In this document: positions 39,506 to 52,294 of the stretch, in pieces
How the letters are laid out: every line of letters begins with the position of its first letter
How positions within the stretch are numbered: the stretch's first letter is position 1
Assembly: GCA_002269645.1 (NCBI GenBank)
Contig: NIVC01000103.1
Location: 248,001 to 312,000, forward strand
DNA: 64,000 nt
Reading direction: 5' to 3'
DNA from: Macrostomum lignano
Taxonomy: Eukaryota
Program-made: the position numbers and the translations under genes
Notes under the pieces: generated by a model
Told to the model about the DNA's origin: nothing
Database searches by the model: none
What the model saw: only the letters and a program-made list of their open reading frames with translations

Positions 39506-40695
39506 ATGACTACGAGATACTACCTTCGCTTCTTCAACAAACTGCTATCACTGCCGGTGATCTTGGCGCTAATCTTTGCGGTTGATGCAGAAACACGTGA
39601 GTACTTGCCTTTGCGATAGTTTCATGTATAGAAAGCTACAATTGAAAGCTATAATCTCAACGCAACCATCCCCGAAATAAAAAATCCCCAGTGACGCATG
39701 AGTTTGAGCTCGAACCGAACTCGTCAAACCCTGTCACCGAGTTCACCCGAGTGACCAGATCGGTCGCCACCAACAAGATTCACTGCGCCGCTCTGTGCAG
39801 CAGGAGCAGCGACTGCCTGACATTTAGCTATTCGCCGGCCAGCTCCGAGTGCCGGATGTCGAATGAGGAACCTGGAGGCCTAGACAGTGACGGCCTCCCG
39901 GTTTACAACAAAAGACGCGCAGGTGAGCTCAAAAAGAAGAGTGCGTGTATTTAATACAATGTTCTAGTACGAGAGTTTCTGAGAATTAATTTTACATACA
40001 TGTACATTCAAACCTTAACAGCGACAGGCTCTCTCTGCAAGCGAACAGTTGTGACAACGACTGACGGTCGCCAGTTCTGCCCCATCCAGCAGCGGGTGAG
40101 CGACACCGACTTCCAGCAGCCGTGGAGCGCTTACAAGACCGGCTTTGGCGACGACGTCAACTACTGGATTGGTGAGCTAGCTGCTTCTTGTAGTACATTA
40201 ATTATTTCGATCTTATTGGAGTATTAACTTTCTGGACCTTTTTGACAATCGGCAGGCCTGGAAGCAATCCACCAGCTCAGCTCGGCTTCCGCTAACGGAG
40301 TCACTCTTCTCGTCCAAGTTGTAACCTGGGAGGACAGCGTGCTGCAGTATCAGGAGTACTCGAACTTTCTCGTCCGAAATGCCAGCTCCAACTACACAAT
40401 GACTGTCGGGCCTGTTGTCGGGAAAAAATCGAACGCTCCCGAAAGCAAGTTGAGCTACAGCAACGAAGAGATGTTTTCTACTAAGGATCAGGACAATGAC
40501 AAGTTCGTTGGAGCGTCCTGCTCAAACGTGTATCATGGAAAAGGCGGCTGGTGGTTCGAAGCTTGCACCCTCTTTAACCCTAACGGGATTTACTCTGCCG
40601 AACAGGCCCTGGGTGAAAACTGGATGAGCTGGATGCGCAGCGGCGAATGGAGATCGTTGAAGGCGATGCGTCTGCTGCTGCTCATTGCTCCCTGA
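39506..40695 (+). CDS. Secreted PAN/Apple-like + fibrinogen-related (FReD/FBG) domain protein, 4 exons, 303 aa
   Basis: Exons 39506-39596 (signal peptide), 39692-39922 (CAALC-SRSSD-C-LTFSYSPASSE-C), 40022-40171, 40256-40695; 912 nt, all phase-1 introns. FBG motifs IQQR...DF...WSAYKTGFG, YWIGLEAIHQL, FSTKDQDND, C...GGWWFEAC...NPNG. Confidence 0.92.
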
Positions 40696-41718
40696 TCCGG
40701 CATTTCGAGAGTTGGACGCGCTACAAAGTGGTGGAATAGTGAAATGACAAAGGAGAACATACTTGAAAATACAATTGTTGTGCCGGCGTGCACTTTGCAC
40801 TGTTGAGCGATCTATTCGGCCCTCAGTGCGGGTGCACCCATCAGTGCACTTTTCCTCACGCGCCCGCCACCCCCAGCTTTGTCTGAAGGTTAAGAAGTTT
40901 ACGCGCGCCGCCCCACCTCCCTTTCTGTGCGATTGGCTGAGCTGCCCTAGCTGGCTAGTTGTGATTTGTTCTTTGTGCCGGCCAATCGGCGGCCGAGAAT
41001 TGGCTTTGGACTTTTGTGCGTAGTAAATATAAATATGAGTTGGAGTAGAGCAAGGGAGAGCGCGCCTTTATGAGCCTGTCTCGACGAATCAATATAAAAT
41101 GAGCAGCGCATTAATATTAGAAACCTCTCGGCCGCTCTGCCTCGATCTCACCGTGATTCGCAGCTATCGGTTTTTACAGAGACAAACAGTATGAGATTCA
41201 CCCGCTTTATTTGCGGGTGAACTGCTTTATTCCCTCGTTCAAGTTGTGGGAGATCTAGGGACGGACCGGCTCAGTGTCTTGATGCGATCTCACGCTCAGT
41301 TATTGAACTCAGTCCGGCCAGCGGACTGAAGCGATCCCAGGCTCGCCCGCTGAAGGGAGTCTGCGAAATTCTAGCCCAGGCATGGTCACAACACAATTGA
41401 ATATTTGATTTTTCTTTACGGTCAGCTAACGAACCGTTAGTTAAACCCCATTTGATGCAATTCACGCAATGATTCATTAGAAACAAACGAACGGCTGGGC
41501 TAATCTGCAGACTATGCTCGAATCGTATCAAGTTGTGTGTTTTTCTGGTTAAACCCAAAACTTTACAATGAAATGGTGTATTTAGAAATACAAAATACAT
41601 GATTCTCTAGTCCTTAGATGAACAGAAAATCGCATGAGAAAGTCCTTGATCGATTCGTCCAACTTAACAGGAGACCTCAAGACTTTTCCCTCAGTGTCAC
41701 CTCCAGCTGAGGCAGACT

Positions 41719-44700
41719 TCACCTGCGTATCCGATCCAACAGGAAGGTCGCCCCGCCGAGTTTCAGAATTGACGACACCGCGGCTTCCGCCCGTTTCTGC
41801 CTCGGTTCGATGGCAGAATCTGCCGCTGCTGGGCTTTGCAGAGCGAGCGCTCGAATCAGTAGGCGACCCTTGGGCGGCTGTTTCATGGCGATGTTCTGGA
41901 GTGAATTGATTAGGTCAGTATTGATATATTGATTGGTTAACTGAAACTGCTCATTTTATTGGTCATAACTATGTGTATTCATCAAGATTCAATGCTGCAA
42001 TGCGTGCAATAAATGAGCGCAATTGATGACTTGACGCACCTGAATGACCCTAACTGCCAGCACGTCGTCAATCGCATCCGACACCCAGCCGTCGGAACTG
42101 TCACAGGTGGCCCGCCTCAGTCTGGTCTGTAACCGCATCTGCCGACACTCGAGGTCAGTTTGAGCAACAATGTCTATGGCCAGGGTCCAACTGCTCAGGT
42201 CGCGCTGCTCGTAGTCTAGATATAAACGAGTAAAAGACTCAAAAGTCAGTCTTCCACCCGTGCGGTGGAAGAAAAAACAGTTCATAAAAAGGTCACCGAA
42301 CTTTTAGGCACGATGATTCAGCAGTTTTTATCGAAAACAATGGACGAACGCTTACTCTAATACAACTCAGCTTGAGCTTAATATATTTGATTCAGGTAGT
42401 CGTGAGGCGTGACATAATGTGGGTGTTAGACTCAATGATGAGTACAGTGAATATTGCATAATACTCGTAGATGGTGGAGGTGAGTGCACTACTACCCTCA
42501 TACGTGCAAAAGTCTATTGGGCCCGTTCTATAAAACACTCATGACTCATAAACCCATAAACCTTCAAGGTTACAAGACACTTGTAGGAGTATAGGAGTGA
42601 ATTTTCAGGAGTGCGTGTCTAATAAAACGGAATGCAAGATTCTGGGATGCAAGGCGTTGCATTTCAAGTTGCCCCAAATCTTGCCCCGTACATATCGCCA
42701 GTCCTTGCCGACAGGTGCAGGGTCAGAGCCACACTGGGCTTTGCATTCGGAAACAATTTGCATCCAGTTTCCACGTTTCTTTCCCTTGCTTGGTTACGGA
42801 AATAGAATAGGGACCAAAAAGGGCTGCCTTCATTTCCGCAACTTTAACGCACAAATTGTAATTTTTGCTGGTTCTGCATTTTGCATGCACCTTTCGCTCT
42901 TGAATTCACACTTTAAGTGAACACTTATTAGGTGCAAGTTGTAGAGCACAATCGACCAACAGTCCTAAGTATTCGCGCAATAATTTCATACCAACCCGCA
43001 ACTCCTAGAGTTTAGCTCTTGGGAAGTGAGTGGTTTGTCGGACAAGATTTAGAGTCACTCTTGAACCAGGAGACTCTTGGCTCCTGGGACTTGACTGTAC
43101 TCCTAGCTTTATAGAACGGACCCCTATGCAACTCTTCAAAAACAGTCACCAAAAAGCCTGCACGTGTCCGTTAAATGCCTGCTTACCTTCGAGAGCGCGT
43201 AGCGAGAGTTGAAAGCTGTGCAGGCAAAGCAGCCCGTTGGCTTCGTCGAGTCGAGCGCTGAACCGACACGAGGCGACAGCGCGTCCAGCATCTCGGCTAG
43301 CTTCATCAACTGATTTCTTTCTACGCGTCGTATTTGTCTGCAGCAGACTCTCGTACGTGTAGTTGCTGCTCGGCTTGCTGAAGATGAAGCGGTGCATGAT
43401 TGGGACGCTCTCACTAGCTCCTGCAGCCTCCTGGTTGTCATCGGCGCCCGGCTCTACCGTCTCGAGTTCCTCGTAGTCAACTTCGGATCCATTGTCATCA
43501 ATGTCGACAGCGCTGTCCTCGGTGGCGGCGCTTTTGAACTCGTGCTCGGTGGTGGCGGCTCGTTGCGTGAATTTCAGGACCAGAACAACCGCGACCGAGG
43601 CCACTACGAATAGGACGCCGGCCAGGGCTGCGATCTCGTGAGAGTAGGGCGTGTTGAACTCGATCCCGGCCAGGCCTAGCGATGAATGGTTGGGTGACTG
43701 CTGTGACTTAAGCTTACTTGTTTCTATTTATGGCAGTGTTGTTTGGGTAGGTTTTCTTGGGTCACGAATTTCTGGGTGAGAATCTTAGGTTGCAGACTCG
43801 ATTGGGTGAGAAGAGCATCGATCTCGAATGAGAAGATCACCGTTGTTGAGACTCTTTAGAATGAGAAGATCAATGTTGTCAAGACTCTTCTCAAATGAGA
43901 TCACCGTTGTTGAGACTTTGAGACTTCTCAAATGAGAAGATGACCGTTGTTGAGACTTTGAGACTCTTCTCAAATGAGAAGATGACCGTTGTTGAGACTT
44001 TGAGACTCTTCTCAAATGAGAAGATCATGTTTTCAAGACTCTTCTTAAATGAGATCACCGTTGTTGAGACTTTGAGACTCTTCTCAAATGAGATCACCGT
44101 TGTTGAGACTTTGAGACTCTTCTCAAATGAGATCATCACCGTTGTTGAGACTCTTCTTGAATGAGAAGATCAGCGTTGTTGAGACTCTTCTTGAATGAGA
44201 TAATAATAATATAAAATAATAACTGACTACACCTGCCCTAATGGGCAGATGTGCAACCGACAGCTCAGCCGCAGCTATTGCGCGGCGCATCTGAAGGCTG
44301 CGTACGGCTGTTCAGTCTAAGGACCCATTTTACAGCTGGGTGAACTGAAGCAATGCAGAGTTAAGTGTCTTGCTCAAGGACACAAATTGTTCCAGTAGGA
44401 TCGGGAATCGAACCCCCGACCTTCAAGTGGTGAGTCCGACGCTCTGACCACTAGGCTACAACCCTTTGTAGCCTCTCGATTCGATTCTCGATTCTCGGAT
44501 CTCGAATCAGAAGATCACCGTTGTTGAGACTCTTCTCAACGAGATGATCCAAACTGTGAATACATTCGGGGAACTAGGAATTCTTATTCAGAATTTGAGA
44601 GCTATCGATAGCAGGACTCATAGATGTGAGGTTCTGCAAATATTGCAGACACCGCAGACTCACTCGAAGTTTCCGAATTCCCGGCAGCGCCGCCAGCAGA

Positions 44701-44847
44701 CGCTGCGGACAGAGATTCCATCGGACTTGGATGTTTCTGAGCTGCTGTTGCTCCAGTTGTAGTCGCATTTTCGCCGGAAACCCGCTGCCAGCTATGAAAC
44801 AGCTGTAGCAACATCAGCAGCAGAAGCGGCACTAATAGCAACCGCAT
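41719..44847 (-). CDS. Type I membrane protein: signal peptide, short Ser/Thr/Ala-rich ectodomain, TM helix, acidic linker, divergent synaptotagmin-like C2 domain (~385 aa)
   Basis: Proposed exons 44847-44664, 43675-43187, 42788-42692, 42250-42040, 41895-41719 (1158 nt, phases consistent; acceptors of exons 3 and 4 are weak). TM helix IAALAGVLFVVASVAVVLVL. By-eye alignment to synaptotagmin C2A: CRFSARLDEANGLLCL / CKLFPNAKP / LTFESFT / LSSWTLAIDIV. Confidence 0.6.
43815..44200. repeat. ~39-42-bp minisatellite (GAGATCACCGTTGTTGAGACTTTGAGACTCTTCTCAAAT)
   Basis: Tandem units; one further unit resumes at ~44510 beyond the SINE. Confidence 0.9.
44200..44466 (-). mobile_element. tRNA-derived SINE with MIR/CORE-like central domain
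   Basis: Minus strand: A box TAGCCTAGTGG, B box GGTTCGATTCC, then TGTGTCCTTGAGCAAGACACTTAAC...CAGCTGTAAAATGGG (CORE-like), ending in a (TTA)n tail. Sits within a minisatellite in intron 1 of the TM-C2 gene. Confidence 0.75.
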
Positions 44848-45399
44848 TTCTGCTTCAGCGTGTGAAAAATGCTCAAAAAACACAGGAAGCTCAGCTGGAT
44901 CAGAATAGGTTCCAGCGCAGCGGCTGCTCATGCGGGGGGGGGGGCTGATCCTGAACAACAAAATAGCGGAGGTGAGGAGGGGCGAGGAGAGACGGAAGCT
45001 TCTCCTCTCCTCGTTTCCAACCGACAATTTAAGCTCGTCTAAGCAGTCACGAGTGGCGTGACTCCGCTCCACCCGGTTACCAGACATTGCACTCTGCCCA
45101 GCAGAACCTGTCTACTCCGAGAGCTCTGCTTTCGGGTCGATAAGGCAGACAGTGGCAACCCGGCTGGTGGGCGAGAGGCAAGCCGATTTTGTATTCGACT
45201 CCAAGTACCCGGGAATTGTCACGATTGAAATAAAATAGTGCGAGAAATTCCGGGCTTCGGTTGGCCGCCATTCAATGCGCTGTCTTTTAGGGTTTTTTGT
45301 GAAACTGAAAATATTCGGGCTAAGCGAACGCACAAGAGGCTGAGCATTTTTGGCCTCGCTTCTAAATTCTCCCAGTTCTTTATCGTTTCCATCCTGGAT

Positions 45400-46271
45400 C
45401 TCTGCCTCTATTCTCTCCCATTCCACCCTCTATCTCTGCCTCTATTCTCTCTCATTCCGCACTCTATCCCTGCCTCTATTCTCTCTCATTCCGCACTCTA
45501 TCCCTGCCTCTATTCTCTCTCATTCCACCCTCTATCTCTGCCTCTATTCTCTCTCATTCCGCACTCTATCCCTGCCTCTATTCTCTCTCATTCCACCCTC
45601 TATCCCTGCCTCTATTCTCTCTCATTCCACCCTCTATCCCTGCCTCTATTCTCTCTCATTCCACCCTCTATCTCTGCCTCTATTCTCTCTCATTCCGCAC
45701 TCTATCCCTGCCTCTATTCTCTCTCATTCCGCACTCTATCCCTGCCTCTATTCTCTCTCATTCCGCACTGTATCCCTGCCTCTATTCTCTCTCATTCCGC
45801 ACTGTATCCCTGCCTCTATTCTCTCTCATTCCGCACTGTATCCCTGCCTCTATTCTCTCTCATTCCGCACTCTATCTCTGCCTCTATTCTCTCTCATTCC
45901 GCACTCTATCTCTGCCTCTATTCTCTCTCATTCCGCCCTCTATCTCTGCCTCTATTCTCTCTCATTCCGCACTCTATCCCTGCCTCTATTCTCTCTCATT
46001 CCGCACTCTATCTCTGCCTCTATTCTCTCTCATTCCGCACTCTATCTCTGCCTCTATTCTCTCTCATTCCGCACTCTATCCCTGCCTCTATTCTCTCTCA
46101 TTCCGCACTCTATCCCTGCCTCTATTCTCTCTCATTCCGCACTCTATCTCTGCCTCTATTCTCTCTCATTCCGCACTCTATCCCTGCCTCTATTCTCTCT
46201 CATTCCGCACTCTATCCCTGCCTCTATTCTTTCTCATTCCGCACTCTATCTCTGCCTCTATTCTCTCTCAT
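45400..46271. repeat. 34-bp pyrimidine-rich minisatellite
   Basis: Unit TTCCGCACTCTATCCCTGCCTCTATTCTCTCTCA. Confidence 0.95.
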
Positions 46272-46839
46272 TTTAATTTAAATTTTAACTACTGTCATTC
46301 GCTCTAACAAGGTCTTTGCCATTTTTATTCTTTAATTCTCTTATTTAGCGAAAAATAGACAAAATATTCCATATTATCTACTGACGCTTATTCTTTTAGT
46401 AGTATCAGTAGCTTGTTTGCGATAAAATAATCGATTTCAGTACTATTCAAGAATCTCAAATCTCAAAGCAAAATCTTATAAGTAACAACTCGCAGATTAT
46501 GTTACGCAGTTCCATGTAAGAGACTATTCGCACTCCGAAAAAGTACAAATCCCTTTGATCCCGATCCGCCCACTACATAAGACCGTAATTCCCGTCCCCT
46601 ACGCTGTGTGCCATCTTTGTCTGAAGCCAGGCTGTCTCGGAACTACATATTAATCCCTTAATCTCTTAATCTCTAGGCGGAAATCATTGGACAGCATATG
46701 CATACATAGGGGGGACCTTCGACTGAATGATGAACTGAAACTGTGCTGCCTGCAGCCTTGCAGAAATGCATTGAAATCTTTGCAGTTTTAGAAACTAAAA
46801 ATTATATCCAATATGTACATTCTGTATCGTGCATTACGC

Positions 46840-47385
46840 GCCACTCCTTGGTCTGTTTTTAGCGCCACTCCTCAGTGGTCTGTTTTTAGCGCCACTCTTC
46901 AGTCTGTTTTTAGCGCCACTCCTAATTGGTCTGTTTTTAGCGCCACTCTTTAGTCTGTTTTTAGCGCCACTCTTGCTTGGTCTGTTTTTAGCGCCACTCT
47001 TCAGTCTGTTTTTAGCGCCACTCCTAATTGGTCTGTTTTTAGCGCCACTCTTTAGTCTGTTTTTAGCGCCACTCTTGCTTGGTCTGTTTTTAGCGCCACT
47101 CTTGCTTGGTCTGTTTTTAGCGCCACTCTTCAGTCTGTTTTAAGCGCCACTCTTCAGCCTGTTTTAAGCGCCACTCTTCAGTCTGTTTTAAGCGCCACTC
47201 TTCAGCCTGTTTTAAGCGCCACTCTTCAGTCTGTTTTAAGCGCCACTCTTCAGCCTGTTTTAAGCGCCACTCTTCAGCCTGTTTTAAGCGCCACTCTTCA
47301 GCCTGTTTTAAGCGCCACTCTTCAGCCTGTTTTAAGCGCCACTCTTCAGCCTGTTTTAAGCGCCACTCTTCAGCCTGTTTCAAGC
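46840..47385. repeat. 24-27-bp minisatellite (GCGCCACTCTTCAGCCTGTTTTAA)
   Basis: Tandem units. Confidence 0.95.
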
Positions 47386-47754
47386 GCTTTTTTCTTTCTG
47401 TTTATTATTGATGCCTTTTCCTTATTTTTCGGAAGTGGCATTTTTGCATTCTGAGACGACCTCCGACTCTCTGACTATTTAAGAGGCCGCTAACTCGAGC
47501 AAGCTGGAAGCAACTGGAATTTAATTTAAAAAGTGCCAAGTCGCCCTCCATGTCCATGCAAGATTTATTGCGCAATCCCCTCGTGGGCTCGGATTCCAGG
47601 AATGCAGGGGTGCTTAATATTGTTTTTCCTCAGCCGATAGACTTCAAGTATGAGTAAATTTTAACGCCGCAATGACGAACCGGGGTTTGGAAATTTTCAA
47701 AACTGAAATTTTCGAACTGGAAATTCTCCTTCAAACTCGACTTACCTCGACTTA

Positions 47755-48470
47755 CTCACCCACCCTAACTCACTCCCCCTCACTCACTCACTCACTCACT
47801 CACTCACTCACTCATTCACTCACTCACTCACTCACTCACTCACTCACTCACTCACTCACTCACTCACTCACTCACTCACTCACTCACTCACTCACTCACT
47901 CACTCACTCACTCACTCACTCACTCACTCACTCACTCACTCACTCACTCACTCACTCACTCACTCACTCACTCACTCACTCACTCACTCACTCACTCACT
48001 CACTCACTCACTCACTCACTCACTCACTCACCTCACTCAAACACTCACTCACTCACTCACACTCACTCACTCACTCAAACACTTACTTACTCACTTACAC
48101 TCACTCACTCACTCACTCACTCACTCACTCACTCACTCACTCACTCACTCACTCACTTACTTACTCACTCACTCACTCACTCACTCAAACACTTACTTAC
48201 TCACTTACACTCACTCACTCACTTACTCACTCACTCACTCACTCACTCACTCACTTACTCACTCACTCACTCACTCACTCACTCACTCACTTACTTACTC
48301 ACTCACTCACTCACTCACTCACTCACTCACTTACTCACTCACTTACTCACTCACTCACTCACTCTCTCACTCACTTACTCACTCACTCACCTCACTCACT
48401 CAAACACTCACTCACTCACTCACACTCACTCTCATTCACTCGCTCACTCCAGCTCTAACTCTCACAAAAA
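47755..48470. repeat. (CACT)n microsatellite
   Basis: Tetranucleotide array. Confidence 0.97.
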
Positions 48471-48844
48471 AGTTTCGAAAAAAAACTATTTAATTTGAAA
48501 TTTGGCCAATTAGTAACTTAAAAAATTGAAACTAAAATCTGAAAAAGCGCGACTTTGCTACAAAACTGCGAATTTCCTGCGCCTCAAATTTTATCGTTTT
48601 TTCATTCGCATGGCCCAGAACTGTGCATTCCGGAAAGCTGAATAATCTGCTTTAGGTAGCAGCTGAACTGGGTACCTTGCTTCGCAATCTTAACTCGATG
48701 AAATTTCTGTTGACTTCGGAACATTGTGACTCACCTTAAATTTGGTACCACACAAATCACCGATTCATTCATATCCATTTACTTCTGGCTCCCGCCTTAC
48801 CGCCTCGGCGTCTGTAAGGCTGCTTACAGTACCCAAATACTTGT

Positions 48845-49552
<708 letters not shown>

Positions 49553-49999
49553 AAGAAATGGGAAATTGAAGGCACCAACGGGTAGCGGAACGAATTCACA
49601 GACACACTCATAATACAGCAAAGTATAGTCCGCTCACAGCTAAGCCATGAGAAATAAATGAATGCACAAGCGGAGCAGGCGCAGTCTCGCCTTCATCCGC
49701 CTCTTCGCTTCTTTCGCCGCTCTCAAAAGAGTTCTGAGGGACAAAGGAGGGAGGCAGATGAAAAGGCAGTCAAGAGGCAGTCAGTGTTGAGGGCGCAGAA
49801 CAACATCCACTCCACTCTGCTGCACCTTGAGCAGAAATCAATATCCGCTGACGGAAGCAGTTTGACTTTTATACAATGCGCTCAGGGGCGGCCCGCTGGC
49901 AGCAGAATAATGCAGCTCTCAGGGGGAAGCGGCTGCAGGTATTGCTGTTGAGGCTAGATTGAGTTGGTCTGGCAGTTTGAGTATCTTTGAGTATTAAAG

Positions 50000-50402
<403 letters not shown>

Positions 50403-51099
50403 AATATTTTTATTATTAATATTATTATTATTATTATTATTATTATAATTTTTTTTTTCTACTGCTGCTCCTGCTCCCTGATTCAGATTTCTATTCTATC
50501 CAATATCCACCTAGCAGTCTTCCCAGCCATCTCTCATAGGCCATAAAAATTAATAGCTATCTTCTGCCACACTTTTTATTCCTCCAGCACAACAGCCACT
50601 CCTTTGGGGCATATCCGTTTCTCAAAACTAGGAACTCGGGACTCCCGCAGCCATCAATTATCCCCGAAATTAACTACCTCCCGTCTTCGCTGACGCGGCG
50701 ATATCCCATTTCCCCACCGATCTGTCTCCCTTCGTTGCGTGTCCTTCGCTCCAAGGCGCACGCCCTTCCCCTCTGTTTCTCCCGTCCCCATTGCGGCGCA
50801 TCAGCTCTCCCACAACAATTCTTCTTTTCCTCTTTCTGATGTTGCAAAACTTCCAGCTGTCCTTGCTGCCGCCCGGCTCGCGTCTTGTGGCTCGACTCGA
50901 GTATTGCCTGGCAGAATCGAAATGATGATGAATATTATAAAAATTGACGAGTAAATGATGCATGCCTTCGTGTAGCTCTGGATAAATATGGGACACATGT
51001 GGGTGGGCGGGTTCTCAACCGCTCTGGGGTGTCACTCCTGGCTGCAACCGGCTCTTGGAATAGAAGAGATAAGTAGAAGATAGAGCTTGGAGCGGAGGA

Positions 51100-51830
51100 G
51101 AGGGGAGAAACGGAGATGAGAGAAGGAGAAGGTAAGAGAAGAGATGAAGAGGGTAGAAGTAGAGAAAGGGTAGGAGGAGAGAGGGAGAGGGTAGAAGAAG
51201 AGAGGGAGAGGGTAGAGAAGAGAGGGAGAGGGTAGAGAAGAGAGGGAGAGGGTAGAAGAAGAGAGCGAGAGGGTAGAGAAGAGAGGGAGAGGGTAGAAGA
51301 AGAGAGGGAGGGGGTAGAGAAGAGAGCGAGAGGGTAGAGAAGAGAGGGAGAGGGTAAAGAAGAGAGGGAGAGGGTAGAGAAGAGAGGGAGAGAGTAGAGA
51401 AGAGAGGGAGAGGGTAGGAGAAGAGAGGGAGAGGGTAGAGAAGAGAGGGAGAGGGTAGAGAAGAGAGGGAGAGGGTAGAGAAGAGAGGGAGAGGGTAGAA
51501 GAAGAGAGGGAGAGGGTAGAGAAGAGAGGGAGAGGGTAGAGAAGAGAGGGAGAGGGTAGGAGAAGAGAGCGAGAGGGTAGAAGAAGAGAGGGAGAGCGTA
51601 GAGAAGAAAGGGAGAGGGTAGAGAAGAGAGGGAGAGGGTAGAGAAGAGAGGGAGAGGGTAGAGAAGAGAGGGAGATGGTAGAGAAGAGAGGGAGAGGGTA
51701 GAGAAGAGAGGGAGATGGTAGAGAAGAGAGGGAGAGGGTAGAGAAGAGAGGGAGAGGGTAGAGAAGAGAGGGAGAGGGTAGAGAAGAGAGGGAGAGGGTA
51801 GAGAAGAGAGGGAGAGGGTAGGAGAGAATC
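51100..51830. repeat. 20-23-bp purine minisatellite (GAGAAGAGAGGGAGAGGGTA)
   Basis: Tandem units. Confidence 0.95.
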
Positions 51831-52294
51831 GGGGAAAGGAGTTAGGGAGCATAGGATGGGAGAGAGTTGGCAAGGATTGGGGAGAGGTGCAGTTAGGAGG
51901 CCTGGTATATCACCAAGTGGTGATTCACAACTCACAGAATGCCGTTCAAATTTTGAGTTTTTGTTGGGTTGGATTAGGGTGGGGGGCTAAGGACGCAGAT
52001 GGTTTGACTGGCGTGGGATTCTGAAAAATAATTATAAGGGAGTAAAATCTCATAAATTATTCTGCCCCAAAATCACCGGAGAGCAGTTCGTTGCTAAACA
52101 CACAGCTTTGGCAAGATTTGCAAAGAAAAGTTACTGTCTGAGCAAAATTCTTGATAACTCCGGAATAACAAAACCTCTGTAAAAATTTGTTCACAATTTG
52201 CTTGAATTTCAAGGCCTTCAAGGCGCCACTTTCTCTATTAGCCATCAGTAAACTGAAACATAACATTTTTTAAAATTGCGATGATACTCTAACC

